From the NCBI RefSeq assembly GCF_018398935.1, contig NZ_CP074694.1, positions 4,410,001 through 4,442,000 on the forward strand: DNA of 32,000 nucleotides, given 5' to 3'. Numbering within the stretch: the first letter of the stretch is position 1; every line of letters begins with the position of its first letter. Source of the DNA: Telmatocola sphagniphila (GTDB lineage Bacteria > Planctomycetota > Planctomycetia > Gemmatales > Gemmataceae). The position numbers and the translations under genes were made by a program. Positions 1 to 7,590 of the stretch are shown piece after piece. Under the pieces are notes generated by a model, which did no database searches, had not been told where the DNA came from, and worked only from the letters and a program-made list of their open reading frames with translations.

Positions 1-1
1 T

Positions 2-763
2 GAATATCCTAATTTTTTTACCAAAGAACTCCCACCTGTAATCATAGATGATGATGATGCCGAACTAATTTCGACAACGTTCACAGTAAAAAATGATAGA
101 GAACGGGCGATCACTTTTTCTCCTGTGAGGATGTCTTGTTCATGTCAGGATGCTGAACTCAGTAAGCAAACTTTACAACCGGGCGAATCGACGATACTGC
201 GCATGGGACTGAGACCCGCGACCCGATCAGGTGCTCAAAAGATCACCTGTGCTATCGATGAAATAGGTGGCGATACAAAAACGTTCGAACTTCGGACTAC
301 GATCTATCGAAAAGCCCAATTTTCAGAACCGGTGATTCATTTCGGAATGGTTGATCCTTTATCAGTATACGAGAAGTCGTTCGCGATCACATTTGCAGCG
401 ACTACCGAAACACAACTACCGAAGAATATCGTTTTCTCATCTCAAGGTACCGTAATATCGAAAATAAATGAGGTCATAGAGCCAATGAAGGATGGCTGTT
501 GGGTCAAGCGGATATCCGCCACTAGCAAACTGATAGCACCGACGGAACTCGGATCAGGCGGATCGAATTTGACGGCTACATACTCAATCGGTACAGAATC
601 GCCGCAAATGCAATCTATCCAAGTCGATTGGTTTGTCCGATCGCCGTTTTCTGTCAGTCCATCTCGAGTAGGGATACTGCCTGCCGAAGTTAAAGACGCA
701 AAGCAAAGCAAATCAGACGCAACCTTCAAATTCGGTCTTCAACAAATAAACCCTTCAAAATAA
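2..763 (+). CDS. DUF1573-like Ig-fold repeat protein, 5' end outside the window
   Basis: Frame 2 is open from base 2 (EYPNFFTKELPPVIIDDDDAELISTTFTVKNDRERAITFSPVRMSCSCQDAELSKQTLQPGESTILRM...). The tracked ORF start at 125 is an internal GTG. The pattern F-x-V-x-N ... sCsC ... L-x-PGE matches my memory of the DUF1573 repeat. The stop is TAA at 761-763. Confidence 0.6.
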   Translation, partial: EYPNFFTKELPPVIIDDDDAELISTTFTVKNDRERAITFSPVRMSCSCQDAELSKQTLQPGESTILRMGLRPATRSGAQKITCAIDEIGGDTKTFELRTTIYRKAQFSEPVIHFGMVDPLSVYEKSFAITFAATTETQLPKNIVFSSQGTVISKINEVIEPMKDGCWVKRISATSKLIAPTELGSGGSNLTATYSIGTESPQMQSIQVDWFVRSPFSVSPSRVGILPAEVKDAKQSKSDATFKFGLQQINPSK

Positions 764-951
764 CTAAAATTATCAGCCCACATTCATCAATTCAGGCAAA
801 AGTAATCAACAAAGATGAAACTCTTGCAATGATCGAAGTAACTATATTGACGAACACTTTAGCTGATTTTCAATATGGCGACCTGATAATTGAAACCGAC
901 AATCCAAAAGCACTTACAGTTACGATACCCGTAGCCATAATGCCTAGTTAA
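694..951 (+). other. Out-of-frame 3' continuation of the DUF1573-like gene (frameshifted C-terminal Ig-like module)
   Basis: Frame 1 is open from 694 to the TAA at 949-951. It reads ...NKPFKITKIISPHSSIQAKVINKDETLAMIEVTILTNTLADFQYGDLIIETDNPKALTVTIPVAIMPS, which is protein-like with a typical module end (xTDNP...TvtIPV). The only start is an ATG about 40 codons from the end. It overlaps the end of the frame-2 ORF. Confidence 0.5.
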
Positions 952-985
952 TAAAAAACCTTTTTACTCATCAAGGGGACATCAG

Positions 986-1450
986 ATGGCAAACGCAAGA
1001 ACTACGGTGACAGCATGGAGCGTGATCGCAACGGGAGTTTTGCTCATTGCAGCCTCCGCGTCAAACGCAACCGATTGGCCCACCTTGGGAACTGCGACAA
1101 CTTTTGTTAGGAATAGATGTATCCAACAAGACCCATACTCTAACGGCGGTAGTTGCACGCATTATAATTATTGCATTGCTAGAAATAACACAGATCCAAA
1201 CTTAACTGGGGTGTGCCCAGGATTTCCGAATATGAAACGAACTGATTTTCGTTCATATGGCTATTGCGTTTTGGATGGACTTGAAAATGGAGGTAGCAGC
1301 TGCGATCAATATACTAATCCTGTTTGCGCTCGAATTACCTTTTATGAGAATGCAGGTTGTACTAGTATGTCAACCTGTAATATGTGGGTGATCATCAATG
1401 GCAACGCCTGCCTCGCGCCTGTCGCTGTTGCCCCTCCGCCTGCTGATTGA
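986..1450 (+). CDS. Small secreted cysteine-rich protein, unknown function
   Basis: ATG start with the purine-rich AAGGGGA upstream. N-terminal signal peptide (VIATGVLLIAASASNA). There are 10 Cys in about 125 mature residues and a Pro-rich tail (APVAVAPPPAD). I recognise no family. Confidence 0.6.
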   Translation: MANARTTVTAWSVIATGVLLIAASASNATDWPTLGTATTFVRNRCIQQDPYSNGGSCTHYNYCIARNNTDPNLTGVCPGFPNMKRTDFRSYGYCVLDGLENGGSSCDQYTNPVCARITFYENAGCTSMSTCNMWVIINGNACLAPVAVAPPPAD

Positions 1451-1506
1451 TAAAGTTAATTAATTTCTAGGGCAGTAATATTTGCAACTTCAAGCATGGA
1501 TACTCT

Positions 1507-2667
1507 ATGAAATACAATTGGCCCTTTCGCGACTGCGGTACCGTTGTCGCAATCTGCATTTTACTTGTCTTGTGCCCGAATATTTGCCATGCACTTTCTG
1601 ATGATGAGCAAATCACTCGGTCGGCAATAATAGGATATTCATCTAATATTGAGTCGTTTTCGTTTTACACAGTTAAATTCCAATTCACATCTGCAAAATC
1701 TTCAACTCATGAAGATGCTATACAAGGAAAGTGGGAAGGCGCAAAGTCATATATTGGCGTTCATACTGTGGATGGTGAATTCGAATCTTACGAACACGAT
1801 GGAAAACCTCCACCTAAAATATCGGCCCCTTCAAATGGCAAAGCAAAAGGTGGTGTGTTTTTCCAACAAATAAATGACTTTATGGAAGAAAAGTATATTC
1901 GATCTCCATCGGGCACAGCAAAGTATACTCGGGGTATTGATGCTATTAACTTGCGGCGGTTAGATACTGATGACCCATTTGACTTTGCGACGCCACTATC
2001 GATGGGATTTTTAGGCCACCGATTTACACGTGGCCCAGACAAACTTTTGCAAGATAAATCAAATTTTGAACCTTCATTCTTGGGGAGAATGGAAAGAAAT
2101 GGTAAGCACTTGATCGGCGTGCGTTTTACTGAGCCTAGATACGGTCAAATTCACGATTTCTTTTTCGATCCGACTCAAGGCTTCTTGGTCGCCTATTATG
2201 AACTTCGCGTGGATAATAAATTGAATTGCCGTGCTCTATTATTAGAGGCTAAGGAAGTAGCACCGAATCGATGGTTTCCAATGCGGACGATGATGATTTA
2301 CGAACCCTCATTAGCCGGTTCAGGCAAATGTTTAGTCTATGAGATCAAAACACTCACCCTTGATGTAGACCGTCGACCAAAACCTGAAGATATTTCATGT
2401 AGTTTTCCCGCAGGTACTCAAGTATTTGTTGTCGGTGAGAAAGGTTTGTTCTATTTAAAACAAAACGAGACAGTTACGGCGTATGGTTTGGCAGAATTAT
2501 TCGATAAAGTTGATAAATCGACAAAATTATCTGTCATGGATACCGCACTCATCGCTCAGCGCCCAAATTTTAAAAGGCAAATTTGGTTTTCGCTTTTTGG
2601 TGCTCTTCTCGTCCTCATTGGAGGGGTTTGGTTATGGCTCCGCAAAAAGCAAAACACAAATGCGTAA
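1507..2667 (+). CDS. Hypothetical exported protein with a C-terminal transmembrane anchor
   Basis: 386-aa ORF. N-terminal hydrophobic segment (VVAICILLVLCPNICHA) and C-terminal TM helix followed by a basic tail (IWFSLFGALLVLIGGVWLWLRKKQ). No recognisable domain. Confidence 0.6.
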   Translation: MKYNWPFRDCGTVVAICILLVLCPNICHALSDDEQITRSAIIGYSSNIESFSFYTVKFQFTSAKSSTHEDAIQGKWEGAKSYIGVHTVDGEFESYEHDGKPPPKISAPSNGKAKGGVFFQQINDFMEEKYIRSPSGTAKYTRGIDAINLRRLDTDDPFDFATPLSMGFLGHRFTRGPDKLLQDKSNFEPSFLGRMERNGKHLIGVRFTEPRYGQIHDFFFDPTQGFLVAYYELRVDNKLNCRALLLEAKEVAPNRWFPMRTMMIYEPSLAGSGKCLVYEIKTLTLDVDRRPKPEDISCSFPAGTQVFVVGEKGLFYLKQNETVTAYGLAELFDKVDKSTKLSVMDTALIAQRPNFKRQIWFSLFGALLVLIGGVWLWLRKKQNTNA

Positions 2668-3533
2668 GCCGATTAGGTATTACCCTTCTCGAGCTTCTTG
2701 TTGTGATTTCAATAATTACTGTTCTTTGTGGATTACTGTTATCCGGCATTCAAAATGTTCGCAGTGCTGCAACACGCTCCGATTGTCAAAATCGAATGAG
2801 GCAAATCGGTCTCGCTCTTCACCAGTATCACTATTCCAATTTAAGCTTCCCGGCCGGAGTTACAAATCGGAACGACCCATACCTCTATCTAAGTTGGAAT
2901 GCCCGCATTCTCCCTTATCTGGAAAGAAACGATCTTTGGCAGCAAACGGTTCAAAACTATGCAAAAAGCCCACTAACATTATTAAATCCTCCTTACCATG
3001 TTACCCTTTCTACACCCGTAGAAGCGTACCGGTGTCCGAATGCTGATCGAATGACCGGTAAAACTCCAGAAGGAGTCGATGTGGCATTTACCTGGTATCT
3101 CGGGGTATTGGGAAGTGATGCTACACTTGCAAATGGAGTTCTCTATGCCAATTCAAAAGTTCGATTAACCGATATTAGCGATGGTACGAGTCAGACAATT
3201 TTCGTAGGCGAGCGCCCTCCCAGTCCTGATTCGCGATGGGGCTGGTGGTATGCAGGAGTTGGCCAAAATGGCACTGGGTCCGGTGACATGATTCTTGGAG
3301 CGGCAGAATATAACAATTCATTTCGACTTCCGGAATGCACTCATGGACCACATCTTTTTAAACAGGGCAAACTCGATAATATGTGCGACACCTTGCATTT
3401 CTGGTCTCTCCATCCAGGCGGGGCAAATTTTACCTTTGTTGATGGATCGGTAAAGTTTTTGACATATTCAGCAAACAAAATCCTGTCTGCACTAAGCACC
3501 CGTGCGGGTGGGGAATCTTTTGATGTTCCGTGA
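2634..3533 (+). CDS. DUF1559 / H-X9-DG family protein with a prepilin-type N-terminal cleavage-methylation signal (pseudopilin-like)
   Basis: N-terminus MAPQKAKHKCVSRLG|ITLLELLVVISIITVLCGLLLSGIQNVRSAA...QIGLALHQYH. C-terminal HPGGANFTFVDGS is H, nine residues, then DG. I prefer the ATG at 2634 over the tracked TTG at 2583, because GGAGG at 2620-2624 lies 9 nt upstream. It overlaps the upstream gene by 34 nt. Confidence 0.9.
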   Translation: MAPQKAKHKCVSRLGITLLELLVVISIITVLCGLLLSGIQNVRSAATRSDCQNRMRQIGLALHQYHYSNLSFPAGVTNRNDPYLYLSWNARILPYLERNDLWQQTVQNYAKSPLTLLNPPYHVTLSTPVEAYRCPNADRMTGKTPEGVDVAFTWYLGVLGSDATLANGVLYANSKVRLTDISDGTSQTIFVGERPPSPDSRWGWWYAGVGQNGTGSGDMILGAAEYNNSFRLPECTHGPHLFKQGKLDNMCDTLHFWSLHPGGANFTFVDGSVKFLTYSANKILSALSTRAGGESFDVP

Positions 3534-3903
3534 TTCCTTCATCAATTTTTTTGTACCCGAATGGTCAAAAGATAGATCGACGTAAAAGAACCTTGATTTC
3601 CCTGCCATGATTCGTTCGTTACGTGCTGATTCTCAGTCGAGCGATGTTAGTTGACAACCTCAGAATACTAACGGTCCGCAGCGTTCTTCATGGCGGGTTC
3701 GTTTTATCTTATCACTTATGATGCGCAGCTGTCAGTGCCCGAGAATCAAGATTACCATCCTATTTCGTCGACCTTCTTCGCATTTCTCTAAAAACCATAG
3801 AATAACTTGAGAATCTCCGATCCCGGCCCAGCTTCTTTCGGATCCTGGTTTTTCCTGTACCAGCGCCGATTGTCCCAGCACCCTGCTCAAAGAGGAGAAC
3901 AGA

Positions 3904-4515
3904 ATGCGAACTTTTGCATTTTTTTGGTTCCTACTCCTTACTGTTTCCGGAATTTCCTGCCAACGAAGCAGCCCGCTAGTCGAACAAAAAACCCAGCCCT
4001 TCCTCAAAGTGGGCCAGTATCCAGGTAACGTGAATGAAACGGATTGTGAACTCATTAACTGGGATATCGAAGGCAAAGCGCTTACAGAGCTCACTTTCCA
4101 ACTTTCGGTTATTGCGAATGGTAAGGTAGAAGTCCTCCAAAAGGAAACTTGTTCCTGGAATCAATACATACCGGGTCCGAAGGAAATCACGGGGCGCTTG
4201 CACCTCGTGATGCGGGAAGGTGATCCTTTTGGATTGAAGAAAAAAATCTCCCCTATTTTCATTCTGAATCTTGGCCCTCTGGAGCCCGGGACACGCGTCC
4301 GTGAACATTCGACCAAAATTCTCGATGCTACAAATCGCGGTGCAACTCATATCCTGCGTGTGGTGACTGGGATGGCTTCTACACAGCCGCGGATTTTTGG
4401 AGCCTATTTTGGCGACTTTCTAGGACCATATCCCAGTGACTGTACGCTGGAGGAATTGAAAAAGAACATGATCAACGGCCTTTCTTACTTGGAACTCACC
4501 GTGGATTACAAATGA
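3904..4515 (+). CDS. Hypothetical lipoprotein or secreted protein
   Basis: ATG preceded by GAGGAG about 6 nt upstream. Signal sequence FFWFLLLTVSGISC with a lipobox-like G-I-S-C. No recognisable domain. Confidence 0.6.
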   Translation: MRTFAFFWFLLLTVSGISCQRSSPLVEQKTQPFLKVGQYPGNVNETDCELINWDIEGKALTELTFQLSVIANGKVEVLQKETCSWNQYIPGPKEITGRLHLVMREGDPFGLKKKISPIFILNLGPLEPGTRVREHSTKILDATNRGATHILRVVTGMASTQPRIFGAYFGDFLGPYPSDCTLEELKKNMINGLSYLELTVDYK

Positions 4516-4665
4516 CGTGGGCAAGCCTACTCACCCGTGCGCCGGACCACCCAAAAAATTTGTCTACTTCAGATTCCCAGTCGTTGAGATTGGTTCGACA
4601 ATAGCGAGCTTCTTTCATTTGAATTGACCGATTTTGGCAACCGCGATTCTGGTGGAGGCAGCTTT

Positions 4666-5163
4666 ATGATCACGGCTCTGATTTGTCAGATCGTGCTGCT
4701 GGTCTATCACCAGGCTACTACCTTTCTGGATCTCTTCCCCTTCAATGGTGTCCGGAACTACACCCGACACGAGCGACTGGTCGAGATGGGAGTCAACGCG
4801 GTACTCATGGGGTTGGCTCCGCTGGGCTTTGCGTTTGACATCCACGCCCTTCAGATCTATGGCGTCATTTACTATTTTTTCCTGTTCCTGACCGAACTGC
4901 TCATCTGGTGGGTGCCGTACTTCGTCGTTCCCCAAGGGGTATGGCGTCGGGTTTACAATAACGCACTGGCAATCGGCACTTCCAATTTCGAGCCTGGGGA
5001 TACGTTGAAGCACTGGATCAATATTCACGAGCGCTTGCACTCGGAGACGATTACGATCTTTCCCCGGCGAGCGGGACGAATCGTACCCAACCTGGAGCAC
5101 ACGATACTGCACCTGTGGACCCTGGTGACGGCCCTGGTCACGCTTCGGGCAGTCTCCGCTTAA
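4666..5163 (+). CDS. Hypothetical integral membrane protein
   Basis: I prefer the ATG at 4666, with GGAGG 7 nt upstream; the tracked start at 4624 is TTG. Several hydrophobic helices (ITALICQIVLLVY, AVLMGLAPLGFAF, IYGVIYYFFLFLTELLIWWVPYF). The overlapping 231-aa minus-strand ORF looks non-protein-like. Confidence 0.55.
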   Translation: MITALICQIVLLVYHQATTFLDLFPFNGVRNYTRHERLVEMGVNAVLMGLAPLGFAFDIHALQIYGVIYYFFLFLTELLIWWVPYFVVPQGVWRRVYNNALAIGTSNFEPGDTLKHWINIHERLHSETITIFPRRAGRIVPNLEHTILHLWTLVTALVTLRAVSA

Positions 5164-5429
5164 GGGAATGGAAACCAGAGGATTACGATTTATGGGCAGC
5201 GGCAAGTGGGACTGAAACGGTAGAGCTTGGCAAGGGGCCGGAACTCTTAAAACTGTTGGTACCATTCGATCACGATTCGCGACGGCTGTCTCAGTCGAGA
5301 ACAATCCCAAAGAACTCGCTATGGCAATTTAATAAAATACACAAATCTTTTGCGTAAAAATGTAAGAAGAAAGATTCTAAAGCTGGTATTCGCACTGGCA
5401 GATAGTCAATGCGACCCGCTGTGTTCCCC

Positions 5430-6632
5430 TCACACCCCCAGCTGCAGACTATGGTGCGAATCGGTGTCCGAAAATTTCTTCAACAATTTCGGCGTCGGGA
5501 TTTCCTTGAAGCACTCGGTGGCCGGCATCAGATTCTCCTCGAACTTTTCGAATTTGCGCACCAGTTTCGACTCCAGCACAATGTTCGTATTGCTGTCGAA
5601 CGGAGCCAGCAGACGCATCACATCTTCCAGAGCCCAGGCCACATGCGCTGGACGGCGATAACGACGGCGCGGCTTCTTCTCCAGCAGGCGATGAATGAGC
5701 TTCACCAGCGGCTTGGGCAAATCGCCTCGAAGCTGCTCGATCGGCTTCGGCTGGCTGAAGCACTGATGGTATAACTTGTCGACGACCGGCACCGATTCAA
5801 AAGGGGCTCGCCCGGCCAGCAAATGGTACAGTGTACATCCCAGGGAGTAGAGATCGGAACGGATCGTGGCCGAGCGCGGATCCTGAATCTGCTCGGGAGA
5901 GATGTAATCGGGGGTGCCGATCAGAATGCCCAAGCGCGTCAAATTGCCCGAGTACTGCTGGTGATCGGGCTGAAAACGCGCCAGACCCAGATCGAGCAGT
6001 TTAATGTGCTGTTCCCTTTTTGCCAGCAACAGATTGGAAGGCTTGATGTCGCGATGCACCAGCCCTGCCTGGTACAGACTTTCCAGCGCCAGAGCTACCT
6101 GCTGAGCAAATTCGCAAGCCCGGGCCACATTCAATGGGCCGCTCTTTTGCAACACCCGACCCAGGTCGATTCCCTCGACCAGTTCCATGGCGTAGTAAAT
6201 CACATCGCTCACCGCATCGGCATCATAAACCGACACGATATTGGGATGGTTCACCTTACTGAGGGCTCGAATCTCGCGCTGAAATCTTCGCACGGCCAAT
6301 TCATTGGAGGCCAGTTCATCCCGAATCAGTTTCAGAGCAACCGTCTTCTGGGTCTTCCAGTTGCGAGCCAGGTAGACCTTTCCCATACTACCGGAGCCCA
6401 GCGGTTCCAGCAGCGTATAAGACCCCAAAAATAGCTTTCGAGCCTTGTTTTGAACGATCATTTCCAGTTGAAATGGGGTAAGCCAGCCGCGATAGATCAA
6501 TTCGGAAGCAATGATTCGCGGCTCCTCGCAGAGCGCAAGAATCTGCTCGTTGAATTCTTTGTTTCGTTCCGAGTTCAGGAGCCGTCGATCTGACAACGAC
6601 TCAACCAAACACTGTAAGCTGAGATCCGACAT
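5430..6632 (-). CDS. Serine/threonine protein kinase (Hanks type)
   Basis: G-loop LGSGSMGKVYLA, the VALK lysine, catalytic loop HRDIKPSNLLL, DLGLAR, and GTPDYISPEQ. ATG start at 6632. Confidence 0.95.
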   Translation of the reverse strand: MSDLSLQCLVESLSDRRLLNSERNKEFNEQILALCEEPRIIASELIYRGWLTPFQLEMIVQNKARKLFLGSYTLLEPLGSGSMGKVYLARNWKTQKTVALKLIRDELASNELAVRRFQREIRALSKVNHPNIVSVYDADAVSDVIYYAMELVEGIDLGRVLQKSGPLNVARACEFAQQVALALESLYQAGLVHRDIKPSNLLLAKREQHIKLLDLGLARFQPDHQQYSGNLTRLGILIGTPDYISPEQIQDPRSATIRSDLYSLGCTLYHLLAGRAPFESVPVVDKLYHQCFSQPKPIEQLRGDLPKPLVKLIHRLLEKKPRRRYRRPAHVAWALEDVMRLLAPFDSNTNIVLESKLVRKFEKFEENLMPATECFKEIPTPKLLKKFSDTDSHHSLQLGV

Positions 6633-6872
6633 GATACCAACTCAACCGGCTGTGAGCGGGGGTATTATAATTTATGAGAGATTCATGAGTCCAAGGTATT
6701 TTTGATGAATTACCCATTTTTCGAAATAATCGGTTTAACCCGGATAAATCGCATATTAAAACCGACAATAGAATGAGATTTCGGCGGGCTTTTCCCCGCG
6801 AGACTTGCCTGACGAAAGGGCGTCTTCTAAATTAGCTATTTAGTTTGAACGAAAATTTCAGGGAATCGGGTT

Positions 6873-7043
6873 ATGGTCGAACGTCGCGCGGAATTGAAGC
6901 GTCGCTATCACCGCAAGAAGAAAGTGCCTAAGTTGAAGGCCAAGTTGGAGAAGGCCACCAGCGAGCAGGACAAGGAAAAGCTGATCTACAAGATCCACTC
7001 CTTGAGCCCCTGGATTAACCTGGCTCCCGCCAAGCAAGCCTAA
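6873..7043 (+). CDS. Small highly basic protein (56 aa), not in the supplied ORF track
   Basis: ATG at 6873 to TAA at 7041-7043, translating to MVERRAELKRRYHRKKKVPKLKAKLEKATSEQDKEKLIYKIHSLSPWINLAPAKQA. A canonical intrinsic terminator follows 13 nt downstream. GC-rich codon usage resembles neighbouring genes. Confidence 0.6.
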   Translation: MVERRAELKRRYHRKKKVPKLKAKLEKATSEQDKEKLIYKIHSLSPWINLAPAKQA

Positions 7044-7055
7044 GTTCAATTTTTC

Positions 7056-7082
7056 GACCAGCCGCTGGCTGGTCTTTTTTTT
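7056..7082 (+). terminator. Rho-independent terminator
   Basis: GACCAGC-cgctg-GCTGGTC is a perfect 7-bp stem at 7056-7074. It is followed directly by T8 at 7075-7082. Confidence 0.8.
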
Positions 7083-7163
7083 GCCCACAGCCACCCAAGC
7101 TATTTGCGACGCAACGAAGGGTTTCCGGAGATGCGTTCTGACAGCCCGCATTCTGGAGACACA

Positions 7164-7188
7164 ACGCATCTCACGATGCGTCGCTAAA
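7164..7188. repeat. Extra copy of the 3' module of the 170-bp repeat (hairpin CGCATC-tcac-GATGCG plus cgctaaa)
   Basis: acgcatctcacgatgcgTcgctaaa at 7164-7188 matches 7379-7403 and 7549-7573 except for one base. An inverted CACAGAG module (7208-7223) follows it. Confidence 0.8.
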
Positions 7189-7256
7189 TGCTTTTCACCA
7201 CTGAGTGCACAGAGCCCACAGAGATGCTCTGACTTTCGGCGATCCCCCGACTCTCG

Positions 7257-7573
7257 TTGAAAATGCATCGCATTTTCAACCTCAACCAGTCGATGCAATC
7301 TCCCTCGAATCTCCTGTCTTTCTCTGTGCTCTCTGTGGTCTCTGCGGTTGAATTCTTTCTTCAGACATTCAGCACACTACGCATCTCACGATGCGGCGCT
7401 AAACAAACGGAATTCCCGCTCACGAGTTGAAAATGCATCGCATTTTCAACCTCAACCAGTCGATGCAATCTCCCTCGAATCTCTTGTCTTTCTCTGTGCT
7501 CTCTGTGCTCTCTGCGGTTGATTTCTTTCTTCAGACATTCAGCACACTACGCATCTCACGATGCGGCGCTAAA
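7257..7573. repeat. Tandem direct repeat, period 170 bp (about 1.9 copies), containing two perfect palindromic hairpins per unit
   Basis: 7257-7403 and 7427-7573 are alike apart from about 3 substitutions. Each has TTGAAAATGC-atc-GCATTTTCAA (7257-7279, 7427-7449), a CTCTGTG-type heptad run (7322-7344, 7492-7514) and CGCATC-tcac-GATGCG (7380-7395, 7550-7565). Confidence 0.9.
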
Positions 7574-7590
7574 AGTCACACGAAGGCCCA

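Noticed and set aside
2483-3046. 187-aa + strand ORF overlapping the end of the anchored-protein gene and the start of the DUF1559 gene
   Set aside because: It is out of frame with two ORFs that have clear signal, TM and family motifs. Its translation is Ser/Cys/Arg-rich with no features.
4615-5310. 231-aa minus-strand ORF overlapping the membrane-protein gene
   Set aside because: The translation is Arg/Pro/Gln-rich and irregular, with no motifs. The + strand ORF has clear TM helices and an ATG with GGAGG 7 nt upstream. I treat this ORF as a shadow ORF.
5409-6434. Several + strand ORFs (5409..5774, 5823..6434) antisense to the kinase gene
   Set aside because: The kinase frame contains every Hanks motif. 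The antisense translations are low-complexity.
6858-7298. 146-aa minus-strand ORF and the 69-aa + strand ORF at 7427..7636
   Set aside because: Both are generated by the palindromic 170-bp repeat; their N-termini are mirror readings of the same hairpin. The minus ORF also runs antisense through the 56-aa ORF and its terminator. Neither is likely to be a gene.
7257-7573. Possibility that the intergenic repeats form a CRISPR array
   Set aside because: The period is 170 bp with only about two copies, the sequence between the conserved modules is only ~23 nt, and there are no cas genes in the window. The architecture is wrong for CRISPR.
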